From the NCBI GenBank assembly GCA_000934665.2, contig JYFJ02002748.1, positions 1 to 64,000 on the forward strand: a stretch of 64,000 nt of DNA, given 5' to 3'. Position numbers and translations under genes: made by a program. Below are positions 21,564 to 34,379 of the stretch, piece after piece (positions within the stretch are counted from its first letter, which is position 1; every line of letters starts with the position of its first letter). The notes under the pieces are model-generated. The model ran no database searches, was not told the DNA's origin, and saw nothing but the letters and a program-made list of their open reading frames with translations. Origin of the DNA: Catajapyx aquilonaris (Eukaryota).

Positions 21564-24500
21564 ATGGGGAAGAAGGAGCCCAGGTGCAGTATGATTTGTG
21601 TCACGTACTGTATGAGAGAGTTGGGTCTTTAACCCCACCACTTGATCCACAGCAAGGGGAGAGTGTGGGAGCGGGACAGGAGAGACAGGCTCAACCACAG
21701 CTTCTCAAGCTTGGCCAAACTGCTGCCGGAATATGACCCTTCACTCGCCCTGAGCAAGATGAGCATCCTTGAGAAGGCTGTCAAATACATCAAGGAACTA
21801 AAGCATTCCAACAAGGAGCTGGTCATTGGAAACGGAGGAAGCGAGCAAGGCATGCTACAGTCAATGGCTACATTTTGAAATCCATTTGCATCGTAATTTC
21901 ATAGATTGTGTACTTTTACCCTCCTTGTATTGTTCAGTACCAAGCAAAAGTCCATGTGCGAATGTCGGAGGGAGGTCTCTCGAGTACAGTCATGCGTTTA
22001 ATCCAAATATGTTCTTCAGCTGAAATGGTGAAGAGCCTGGAAAAGAGAATGGAAGAGCTAGTGAATCGCAATCAACAACTGGCAAACCTTCTCAAGGTAG
22101 CAGGAATCACCCCTCCCAATGAATCTGGTTCAGGCCCTGCTCTGGGCAAGCGTCCAAGGAAGTGGACCAACCAGCTGTCTGCGGAGGACGTCGAAAATGC
22201 TGGTGGACTGGTCAGCAGAAGAAAAAAGAAAAGTAATGTCTTGGTAAATCACTTATTAGGTAGTTTGTGCAGAGAACACCTTTTGTTCAACATTCAATAT
22301 GAGATATGAAATGTTGTGTAGTCATGTTAAGAATTTTTTGTTAAATTTTTCGGACCTGACTGCATTATTATACTGACCAGCTTTTGTAATGAGTAAAACT
22401 GGGACATCGTACATAATAGTGTAGAAATATGACTATTACAAGAAATTTTCACAGGCCTGAGCAGTGTCACTGTATAAGTTACATACTGTTACTTACCATA
22501 TTTTAGCACCAAACTTACATTACCAGTACATGCAAATTGTCTCCTCTTTCCAGAAAAAGACAAAAGCAGCATCAACACAACAGAAGATACACCCTCAACC
22601 TCCCAGCCATTGTCCCACCTCCAGCCAAACAGCAAAGCAAAACCAAAGCAATCTGAGACATCAAAGACGTCAACAACAAAAGCAACAAGTAGCCCCAGCA
22701 AAAGCGCCCAGAATCCATCATCCAAGAAGGCACCTGTCAACACCACAACCACTGCTTCGCAGATTCTCTCACAGCAGATAATACTTATCCAACCACCAGC
22801 GACAACTACTATGCCGCCACCTCCAAGAATAATTCCCCCTGCGGTCTTCTCAAGTGGGAGTGGTCTCCAGCAGGGAATAGTGATGACCAAGTCACTTCTG
22901 ACCACTCCCATAATGGCCACTGGTCTGGTGCCGTTTGGCGGGTCAGCATTGATGCAGCCACCACAAACATTCATACTGACCAGTGGGCAGCTTCTACCAG
23001 TTCTGCCGTCAATCCCAGTCATAAGTCCGCCAAAAGTAAGGACAGGTGAAGTTAAGGCCATTGCACCAAAGATAGGTAAGGATAGGGTGGCTATACCAAT
23101 GCTGAAGAAGACTGTTACCAAGCAGACAAAGAGCTGTGAGAGAAAGAAGAAGGTCGGGAAGGAGAGTGACAAGGGGGGCCACAGTGAGAAAGCAGGTGAA
23201 GTGCCAGCCACCACTGAGGAGTCGGTTACAAGCAGTGCGGCTGCGCCAACAACCACAACCATGGCCAGCCAAGTTCCTAATATAATCACCAATGTAACTG
23301 ATTTTGAAACGACAAACATTGCCAATGTTGAACCATCTGGTGAGTCTACTACAAGTGAGACTGCTGTTTCACCTGTCAGCAGCGGAACATCCCTGAGGGA
23401 GAACTTTGCGGCACTTGGTGATCATGGCAATATTTCTACAGTTGATGTTTTAGCAAACAACAGAACTTCCATGATAGCAGTCAGCAGTGTTCCTGCCAGT
23501 GTCACCACTGCGATTGGTTCTATCCCAAGCTACAGTTTGACTGACGCTGCTATGATTAATGTTGCCCATAGTTCAAACAGCATTGCACCTGTTGCCGGTG
23601 TTGCAGATAACAGTAGTGTCAGCAACAATACTGTAAACAGTGTTTCTGGAAGCATGGGACCACTAGTTGGTGATATTCGAAGCTACAGTGTAAGTGGCAT
23701 TGGAATTAATCAGCCAATCAGCACTTCCAGTATTGCCCCGGTCGCAAGTGTTAGAAGCAGAGCTGTTCATAGTGTTTCTACAAGCATTGCCAGTGTTGGT
23801 GATGTTCCCAACTATAACATAAATGAATCAGCAATTGCAAAAGTGGCTAACAACATTACTAGTATCACACCAATTGGTAGCAACCCCAATAATGCAGATG
23901 CTAACAGCAACATTCCACAGTACAACATGGCTGGCAGTGCAATTACCAAAGGAACAGGTAATGTGGACAGGTGTAGCAGTAATAACACTGGTATGGTCAA
24001 CATGGGGACAAGCAGAAATGTGGCTGATATTGAGAGAGCAGTCAGCGACATACCAAGATATAATACAACTGTTGTTGGTATTGCTGATGTAGCCAACAGG
24101 GCATCCAGAAATTTATCGATTGCTGAGATCACCAACAGGAGCATAAGTAGTGTTGCCAGCAATGTGGCCAGCATTAGCAACATCTCGAGTTACAACACCT
24201 CCCAAGTTGCAGTGAGGAACCCTGTCAGTGGCATAACCAGTGTGGCGCCAGGTAGTGCACCCAACAGTATTGTCAACAATAATGTGGCTGAAATGTCCAC
24301 CAGCACTGGTATTGGTGAAATGATCAGCAATGCCATAGCCACTGTCACTAGTGAAGTGGCCGCTGTCTCCTACACTGACACGGACACCTCGGCTAATCAA
24401 AAGTCAACGTACAGCATAGCTGCCCTGTGCGAGATCACCCTTGGTGATAAGCAGACATCATGGTCAACAGACAAGAACAAGGATGCCGGCAAAACCAAGG

Positions 24501-27500
24501 ACTTTCCCCAAATGTTTGGAACAATGGTCCCCAAATCAAGGCCAGATCTGGATCCTCCTTCCTCCAAGATGACTGCAATGGAGGGCAGCCTCCCAATAGA
24601 CACCCCCTGCTTCTTGGACATGAATGACGACAGCCGCACCTCTGCAAATGCAGGCCTCAACCTCCCCCTGATCCTCTCAGTGGGTGCCTCCTTCGGAGAC
24701 GTCCTGCATCTCCCGTCACCCAAAAGTGTTGAAGCTGTGTCACCCACAGCCATATTTTTGTCCACCTTCCCAATAGTGAGCTCGTCACTGAGCAAAACCT
24801 CGGAAGTGGTGACTGATAGCGCAGGAGGCCTCCAGATTGAGCAGGAACATAACAAGGAGCAAGCGTATGTTGATCATGCTCTGTCAACAATGGAAAGTAT
24901 GTCCAATAAGGAAGCCGTGAGTTGGGAGCAGAGCTACCAGGTGAACCGGAAGCGAAACCAATGGAGTGTCGCACCTGGTCGGGACGTAGAGAAGCAAAGG
25001 TGAGAGCTGCATTCTTGTGTAATTCTTTCAATTCACTTTTCAGTAGCATGATAGGCTAAGGATATCACTACATAGTTTCAGTTCTGATGGAATATCTTGG
25101 AGACTAATGCATGATTTAGCCATTATTTTAACTTTTACAATGGCAGCTCATACGTTAATGTATACTTGATGTTCAATATTTCAAATGTCTCACATTTGCT
25201 TATCAGAAATGCCTGGTTTAGCATTAACAGCCTCAGATATTGATGCAACCAGAGAGTGATAGTGACGTCGCAAGCCTGTAATTACTAGTTTCATTGTTGC
25301 CCAATTATTCTCTGGTTGCATTAATAATAATAGCTTTTGTAGACTATTTTGTTACTTTGCCATGAATGACTATTAAAGTATGTGCACAATTTCAGAGGGA
25401 CGTATGTGCAAAACTTTGGTGAGAAGGGGAAGCCTGCCGAGGAACAGTTTCTGAACACTCCAGTTAAGAAGAATGTCCCCCAACCTGCCAACTCTTCTGC
25501 TTCCTCAGCATACAATTACTTTGGACCTAACAGTGGTGGCGTCCAGGAGGACCAGTTTTCGTATGCTGCACCTAGCAATAACATTGCCAGCTCAGGTGGT
25601 GCGAAGACTTCATTCACCATCCAGACTATGCTTCCAAACTCATCTGGCCCAACATTCTCTGCAGCCAGTAACGATGCTCAAGCATACTCCACCTCATATT
25701 CTGTGTCGTCCATTGCTGAGAGTGCACATGTAGCAAAAGATGTCAAGCACGTTTCATCCACACTTGCTCCAGCAACACATGCTTCAGTGAATTGCACCAT
25801 GTTCTCTGGGAATACTCCAACTTACTCCAGCTCATATAGTCTTGCCAACTCAAAGGAAAACCAGGTGAACTTCTCGCAGCCATGGACAGAGACACTCAAA
25901 CAGAACAAAATGGCATACCAGGATATGAGTGGTTCGCTGGACAACATGGAAGTGCCAAGTAAAACAGTGTATCAGCAGAAGCCGCAGCAGAAGGCGAAGT
26001 CGCCAGTGAACTGGATGACCAACCCAGTGACAACAGCATCGCAGTACCCATTCCACCTTCCTGCTATGAACTTCCAGTCACGCCAGATGGAATCGTCTGG
26101 ATATTCAGCCCAGTCGGATAACTTTGTCCTGGACACGTTTACATCTGGAACTGGATTCACCACCAACCAATTTCCTCCAAAATCAAAGACAGGCCAGCAG
26201 CAGTGGAGCAACTTCCTTAGCAAAGACAGCACCTATCCAGCCCACACATTTGTCCCACCTGTGGATGACTACATGGAGGGTCAAGCACTGGAACCGCAGT
26301 ATGCATCGAGGAAAAATGAATTTGGAAAAGCGAAAAAGGCAAAGGGTGGCTACGGCACCTTCTTGTCTGTCAGCCAGCTGGTGAGCATTATTTGTGTCAC
26401 TGGCCTTAGCAATAATTTTCAATTATTAAATTAGTTTTTTCTGCATGTTTGCTTATAAAATCACTTTCACAGCATGCCATATGATTTTGAAATGGTTTGA
26501 ATGATGTAACAAAGATTGCTTGCAAGGGTTGCAGGCCATGTTTACAGGTGTTCTGTTACATATTGACCAATGCTTCCCATCCTAGGTCAGCAACCCACAA
26601 GGAAATGCAGCGAGCAAGCGTAACAAGAGTGGACCTGACAAGAAGGCTGATAAGAACTATATGCACACAAAGACTGCAACATGGACAAACACTCGGTACA
26701 CAACAGAATCCATTGTCAAACCACCACCCCCACCACCTGTTGACAAAAGGATGCAGCGGGAGTGTCACTTCACTGACAAGACCTTGGACAACTTTGGGCC
26801 ACCCTGCCAGCAGACATCATACAACCCAAATTTCACTTACCTCCCTCAGGCAACTGCTTATGCTCCAATGCTTCCGAACATGTATCCATCCCAACCATCC
26901 ACGCAGAGCTTTTCTGGGTTGCCACCTTGGGAAAGGAAGCAAGACAATGACAACCAGGCACCAAAGCGCAAGGGGACCAATCTTTCAACTCTGAGTGATG
27001 CCAATTTGCTGCCGTACATGCCACCACCTCCACAGGCAGTGGAGGAGCCTACCCCATTTTTCCAGACTGGATTCTACCCATCCTATCCTCCTCCAGCACC
27101 TCGAGACATGATGCAGCAGCCGACACTTCCACTGGCTAATCACACATCAGCACCTAATGTGGTTCCACCACCAGTCACTAACACTGGATTTACTTCCAAC
27201 ACGCTCTTTCCGCCACCAATATCGCATCCCAATGCAAGTAGTGGAAACCAGTCGAATTCGCTGACCAGCTTCAACCTAAGTGCTATTTTTCCCGAGATTA
27301 ATGATAAGGTAAATAACACGTGATTCTTTCTCTTTAATTGCAGGTTTTAAATTTTGGCACGTTATACCATGAAACATAGTCATTGCCATTCTCTCAAAAA
27401 CATGTTTGATATTGTAATGTGAAAAATCTATGCTTATTCCTGCAGCAGAGCATGCCACCACCTCCGCCACTGGCACCGCCGCCTCCAAGCATGAACAGCA

Positions 27501-27938
27501 TTCACCACCACCACCACCACCACCACCACAAGAGCAGTGGCAGTCAACCTCCAGCCCCACTGGTGGGCAACGGGAACCTCTGTGCAGCACCCCCGTCACT
27601 CCTGAGGACCTCTGAGTACCGCCACATGCCATCTGCTTCCAGCAACTGCCTTCCAACCCACCATGGGAACATCAACGTCAACAACCTTAACAACCTTTTA
27701 AGCCATCCTCCAACTGAAGTAAGTTGGGAAATCAGTAAATACAGCGTAATGCTTCAGAGTGACTGTAGTAACAAATCACATTGCCCTGTAAATTTTTAGT
27801 TGTATGTAGCATTTTTAATGGCAGTCTGACGTTTAATTTTATGCCTTGCAGGTTGGACTTGGGCTGAACAGCACTTTTCCTGCCCCAAGTTTGAGCAGCG
27901 TGGTGCCCAACCTGTCATTCACTATGCATGAACACTAA
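21564..27938 (+). CDS. USF3: USF3 (KIAA2018)-like bHLH-leucine zipper transcription factor with a long low-complexity tail, about 1647 aa
   Basis: Exons 21564-21583, 21653-21849, 22020-22232, 22554-24999, 25396-26380, 26586-27308, 27446-27718 and 27852-27938 (4944 nt, in frame; intron 21850-22019 is GC-AG). The N-terminal bHLH ERDRRDRLNHSFSSLAKLLP...LSKMSILEKAVKYIKELK is followed by NKELVIGNGGSEQAEMVKSLEKRMEELVNRNQQLANLLK, which matches the USF3 post-HLH segment as I recall it. AATAAA at 28116. Confidence 0.82.
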
Positions 27939-28545
27939 AGTTCACTTTATTATCGTCTCGGTCTGGCATTTATTACTGTACCCTGCATAAGTAGAGGCTC
28001 TCTATATGCAATCATTGTCTTGTATCAAGACTGAAAGTGGGCGAGGTCTTTTTTTTTTTTTTTTGACAAGTAGTACCTGACTGTGTAACATTAACTGTAA
28101 AAATGTTGTATATTGAATAAATTTCTACACTGTGTAGTACCTTTAAATACTCTGTATCATTGCAACATCTTGTTGGAGATTATATTAGTGCAGATGGCAA
28201 CAGATCTGTAATGCTTTGAAACACATGAGAATTAGGATTAAGGATCTGTCGCATTTATCATATGTCCCAAGCGGCAGGTGGCAAGGATATTTGCTACTAT
28301 CTACGTTGCTGGTATGGTCACCTGCTGAATGTTCTGGGAAATATGTGTTATAGTATTATCTCAACTGTAATGGAACTGTAGATGGAAATGCCAGTGATGC
28401 TATAATTAATGATTTAATACTTCTGAAAGCCAGTCGCAATTACTGGCATATCATTTTCTGATGACGGTCATTTTTAAAATTACTTTCTAATGTATTAATT
28501 TAAATTTATGTTGGATTAATTACAATGTGACTCTGCCAATAGTTA

Positions 28546-28671
28546 GGGCCGGTTTCACCGAGCTCGGTACATGATAAAACCAGGCTTCCTTAGGAAAATC
28601 CATACAAATATGTAGGGATTTTCCGAAAGAACCCTGGTTTCATCATATACCGAGCTCGGTGAAACTGGCCC
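28546..28671. mobile_element. PIF/Harbinger-type palindromic MITE
   Basis: GGGCCGGTTTCACCGAGCTCGGTA ... TACCGAGCTCGGTGAAACTGGCCC; the whole element folds back and is preceded by TTA. Confidence 0.75.
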
Positions 28672-30847
28672 TTGTATTTTGTCTCATCTTTGGATGGGTT
28701 GCATTAGATGGCAACCCAGTATTGTGAGAGGGTTGTTGAACCACGGTCTGCAACATTACATCACTGAATTAATGGTCTATTGCAGCAGGGGGTCCAGCAA
28801 GACAAATTGGCTCAGACTATCACCTGCACATATCTATCCACAGAGACATTTTTTTCCACCTGCCCCCCCCCCCCNCCCCCCCCGACCTGCATTGTGCAAA
28901 AGCTTCTAGTTTTCCATCCTCCTTTGGAATTGCTAATGGCCTTGTCACCCTCAAGTAGGACGAGCAGGGTCAAAGTTCCTTAAACATTCTCTAATCCTCT
29001 TCAGGGGGTCGCAAAGCCAAGCTGACACCATCCAACCCCCCTTGAACCCACGAAGACTGTTTATCCAGACCGGAAATGCAAATCCTGCTCTTGGCAACAA
29101 GATTGTCACATGTCCTATACTTCAGATTGAGGATTATAATTATTGTGCCATTGGTAGCAGATTGTAAAATGACGCTAAAGGGCATGGTATGTAGTAATGG
29201 TATCCTCTGCAAGGCTTCCGGATTCTCCTTTCGCGATTTCTGGCTCTTTTCTCGCACCATTGGCGCAAAAACCTGAAAGGTTGTTTTGAAGGGGTGGTTT
29301 GCAGCCCCTGGGCCAATTTGGCCCCGAACCAAACGACAACCGATGCATTTTTATGCGGCGGGCATGTGGAGAGGGGGGAAAAAATATGCGTGTGTGTGTG
29401 TGTGTTGGGAAGGAAGAAGGTGGAGGGTGAGGAAAGGATGTGTCACCCCCAACTGGAAACTGATTCACTAATGGTCGTCTACAAGTTACGCAATGGATTA
29501 CGCAGCCTCAGTTTGCTTTACTAATTCGTATTGTACTTACAGCATAATATGCCTAACAACCAGGCATATCATGTAGTTAAAAATAGTAGCACACTATCGC
29601 ATAAATACTGAAACATCCGGAGACACTTCCTAGGGTGTATGCTGCGGCTACATTGTAACTCTGCAACGTGCAAAAAATTTAGCAATTATTACTCTTCAAA
29701 TATTGCAGTTTCAGGTTTTAAATAGCCGGGTTGACTTTGCCACCAGTGGCTAGATACTGCTAGGTTAGCAGTAACTAGTAGTAGGACGAAAATTCGACCC
29801 CTTGTCTGAATAGCCAATTTTTTAAATATTTTTGCTGCTAATTTACTACTGCTAGCTGCTACTGCTAACTTTGCAGTAACTAGCATCTGACTATCCAATT
29901 TTTTTAAAGAAATTTTGAAAGACAGTGCACTGTCCACTAATATAATATGTACTAATTAATTAATTAAGTTATTTAAAATTTCCCAATGTCAAAGGTGGCC
30001 ATAGCAGAATTTTTCTCCCAACTTTTTGTCCAAATCCCACCTAAAAATTCGAGTGTCCACATGCAAGGAAGGATCTCTATTGATTAGCAGCAGGTAGGAC
30101 ATGAAGCCAGCTGTGTGCATGTATATGCCACCCCAACCCTCTAAAAACTAGGAAGAAAAAAAAAACTCATGGCGTTGTTTTCGTGACACTAATCTCACAA
30201 TTTCTTCTCCCTTCTAGCATGCAATACCGTATCTGCCCCCTCCAAATACGATCCATGCTACAAACCCACCCTGCATTTTTGGGGTGCTGCTATACCTGTC
30301 TGGCTTCTCTTGAAAAGAAAAAAAAAGAAGGTGGGGAGGGGGAAGAGAAACTTATTATTCGTTCAAATCACGTAAGCAAAGGATGGCCAGAATGTAAACA
30401 ACATTGTCAATGGAGGGGAATGCTGTCTTGCCAGTTCAATTCCTTTTTTTCGATTTGGCAACGTGGCTTTTAGACATACCCCTGTTGAATGGCGACCAAG
30501 CACGCAGAATAAATTTTCAGAGTTCTGGGCGTGTCACTTTTTTTTCCGTCCTAAACTTGTCTCTTTAAAAAGTACGTATATACGCATACAACTCTCAGAA
30601 CTAACCTGTTTTGTTCGATGGATTCTTTTTTTTTAAAAAAAAAGGAGGTGCGAAAAGTATAGGTTCGTATGGCAAATTTGTATCAGAAATAGCTGGATTC
30701 CTGGAGCGAATGGTGTAAACAAATAATGGGAAACACGTGCCGACTATATTACCGATTTATTTTCAACCTGCATAATTTTTATTGCACTGTGTCACATAAA
30801 AACCAGTTTTATTTCGCCGCATGCGGATGGTACTGTTATAATGTGTC

Positions 30848-30910
30848 GAATTTTCGTCCCACTGCTAGATACTACTAAGTTAGCAGTAACTAGCAGTGGG
30901 GCGAAAATTC
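30848..30910. repeat. 63-bp imperfect palindrome, member of a dispersed family (related copies at about 14066-14179 and 29745-29885)
   Basis: GAATTTTCGTCCCACTGCTAGATACTACTAAGTTAGCAGTAACTAGCAGTGGGGCGAAAATTC; the copies share the core TACTGCTAA-TTAGCAGTAACTAG and GAATTTTCG/CGAAAATTC ends. Confidence 0.75.
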
Positions 30911-31582
30911 CAGCCAATATTATAATTAGGATAGTCACAAGCTCGTGGTTATTTGTATTTTCTGACAGTCATTGTGAGTGCTACAACAGGTACAGCCCAC
31001 TTGAAACATAATCCTGACACGTGGGTGGTGCAAAAAGGACCTGTCTGGCCCACGTGAGTCACTCGATGGGCCACCCAAAATTGGCTTATAACCTTTTTCT
31101 CATTTTTTTAAACGGAATAAAAAGATATATGATAAATAGGCCGGAGAAATCAAGGAGGCGATAAAAAAGTGATCCGTAAATCAACGCCATTTCCCGTGGC
31201 CTCCAAGATACACTCTGGCGATTCCAAACGCACTGCAATATCCTTTTATTATCGCAAAGATGACTATTGGTGCGACCTACATTTTAAAAGCAGCTATCAT
31301 ATCTTCAAAAAAAATAAATCCATTTATTCAATTTAAGCCGTGTTTTGCATGGGGGCGATAACAGGCGCTCGTAATTCCTAAATTCTGCTGTAAAATTGCT
31401 TCTAAAATCCATCATTTTGTGGGCAATAATTATTATTTCACACAACCCTTGCAAGGAATCATCACCTGACCAAAAAAAAACCTCACCACCTGCATAAGTA
31501 GCAGCCATAAAACCTAACAAGCCCATTTTATTGGAACCCAACTTTTTGCCCATTCCTCCTTAAAACAACCACACCTTTTCAC

Positions 31583-31634
<52 letters not shown>
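31583..31634. repeat. (TTA)n microsatellite
   Basis: About 17 perfect units. Confidence 0.95.
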
Positions 31635-31636
<2 letters not shown>

Positions 31637-34345
31637 GGCATATTGCTCAGGATTGCACCCAGGAACTTGCTGGAAAAAAAGGGGGAAATTCGAAAAAATG
31701 TTGTATTTTTCCCACGGGATATCCGAACGAAAATAGCCCAGAAAAGTGTGGGCAACTGGCTTGCCAGGCCGTTATCTCTAGGGCCCCCTTGGATTGAAGC
31801 AGGTGTGAGGGATAATGGGCTTCGAAAGGAAGTCCCAAATTGCTGCCCCCCTCCTGTTTGGCTAGGATGCATAAATCTAAACCAACTTCTCTCGCAGGGA
31901 AAGCTTCTTCTTCACAAGGTCCCTAAAGTCTTGCTAATAGAAGAAGAAAGGGAAAAAAACTGAACAAGAATAGTATTTTCTAGAATGCAGTAGCTTCAAT
32001 GGTTGTTGGAATGCATAATGCATAATATGTGAGGAGGATGTAAAGCTCAGGCCATGTTCAAGCAGCCTTGTCAACCAATAACCCAGGCACTGTGTGTCCT
32101 CAATAGACATCATCAGACAGGTCATCGTCAAGATTGGGAGGGCCAGGCCTAGATTTTGCATATGGACGCCATAGGGAGAGTTTAAATGAAGCGATCCTAC
32201 GCGAGATTTCCGCCATGAAAAATATTTTTACCAATTTTATAAGGCAAATATTTATTAAATAAGGCTCAGAATATGTTGCAAACCAATTTTACGCCGAAGT
32301 TCTCGCGTGAATATTTGTGCACGAATGTCGTGTAAGAGCATTTGAAAATTCACGTTCATTGCCGCTTTTTTTTTGTAGAACTGAAGCTGAGACATGCTAT
32401 GACAGTGTTAAAAAGAAGGGGAGATTGCATGGGTTTTTTAAGCTTAGTGGAAACATGGTCCAAAAATATACTACCCAAAGTCTGGGGGAGAACAGAATGG
32501 TTTCATGTGTAAGAAGGAAACAACTGGTTGATTAGGGTGTATACACCGGATTTATTGTTTTTGTGGATATGGATTATTTATGTGGGAGTTACCTGGACAG
32601 CAGTCTGGATTTATGAAGTTGTTTCCTCCTCCGTGTCATATTCATATACACCTGTGGAATGAAGATATGCATATCTAATAGGCTGCATTAATAACACCGT
32701 AAGGGACATATCATTCTGACTCATTCGCAGCAAGTGATGTGTGGTAATCACTAGATCGTATATTGGTTCGCAGCACATGAGATTTTTTTTCTTCCTTACA
32801 AGCCAGATAATTTTTCACACTCCAATTTTACTTAATATAGATCCTAATTCTGATTAGTGCCTTAAAAGGAGATATGCGGATTATAGGAAATTACATATGT
32901 TTTGCTCCTGAGCTCGCAGTAGATAATTTCGTATACTCAGTTCTTGCAATGGTCCAATTTCTTACTACAACTCACGCGAAGATTACAAGGTTTGCTCGCA
33001 TGGTTGCATTAAACCCAGTAATTTCAACAGCATGAAAAAAAGAAGGCGTTGCAATTTATTTCAAACAATGACCAATAGGCAAATTGCAAATTATATTATT
33101 TGGTTTACAGTAGCTTAATTTTGATATCTTACTAATGTCACTGTGAATTCATTGGTGTGTTAGACATTTGGCTGCAACAAAGTGACATGTAGTGTGACCT
33201 TGACATGAGAAGAGATAAATATATTACGCAAAGCACCCTTCCAATATTGTGACACTAGTGTGTCGCAAAGTACTGTTGTCCACTTATTAGAGCATGCCAC
33301 CGAACAGGGCGACATTATATGGAGATATTGAAGCGCGTGATGCAACCATATCATCTGGGTCACAGATTAAGTTCGTGTATTTATTAAGAACTCTCAATAT
33401 CACTGACTTTATTACAATTCGGCTTATCGAAGGCGACTCATTAAATCGGAACATGCGGCAATATAAGTCATACACCATGCCCTGTGAAAATGTCCGATAT
33501 GCTTTGTGCATCGCTGACCAAAGTGCACCATAAATGTGCACTAAAATCATTTTCGATTACCAGTTATGATCTGGAAGATTCAATGCACGTGAAGATTGTT
33601 TGCAGGTTAATGACTACTTGCACTAACAATGTACTGCATTTCATAGCCTCACTTCTCACTATTTCGGCAAAAAAAAATTTGATACGTTTATGACCACCCT
33701 TTTTGAAAAGAAAAAGATTTTCCGATCGTGGAATACCAAGCACCCTAATTACATTTTTAATGTTCAATTTTTCAAACCTGCCATAATTCGCAGCGCCTTT
33801 TACACACGAACACGTACACAATTAATTATCGTGACAGTATTTTTCCCCCCATTATTTATGGTTACATCATCAAGCCACATGCTCACTGAACATCATAATA
33901 GCATGGAGAATTAGACATCTCCAGAATTATATGGCTATTTATTAAACGACACCCTTTAATATCACCCAACCGTGAATTTTGATCAAATTTTGACAGTTCT
34001 TCCGTCTATATTTATTTTAAATTCTTGACACATTGGTTATAATTTCGACACCCTCCCACTGGATGTCTCTACTTTGCCTTGGGGCGGTGGGGTTTCTCCC
34101 GTGACCCCCAAGAGCTATTTTTCGAGCATTTCGAGCATTTTTTGAGTAAAATGTGAGTAAATTAAACTTTTGACAGCTGCATTGTCCACAGTACTCTCCA
34201 AAAAATTCAATGCAAAATGGGCCAGGTCGAGAGAGAGAGACAAAGGCCGATGGTGGGAGTTCTTCACCTTCCTTGGGGCACGACAAGTTCGTAAACGTAG
34301 GAGGAACCGGTCGCAGAAGGAAGGTTAGCAGACTACTCTCTCACA

Positions 34346-34348
<3 letters not shown>

Positions 34349-34378
<30 letters not shown>
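34349..34378. repeat. (AC)n microsatellite
   Basis: About 15 units. Confidence 0.95.

Positions 34379-34379
<1 letters not shown>

Noticed and set aside
22489..24855. Long antisense ORFs (278 aa, 152 aa, 123 aa) opposite the USF3-like exon
   Set aside because: These are shadows of a long Ser/Thr/Pro-rich sense exon, with no recognisable domain or independent signals.
31305..31553. Polinton DNA polymerase B exonuclease motif (…SGDDSL…IIIAHK…)
   Set aside because: The similarity to AHNxxxFD is partial, the key Asn/Asp are missing, and the adjacent frames show no further PolB motifs.
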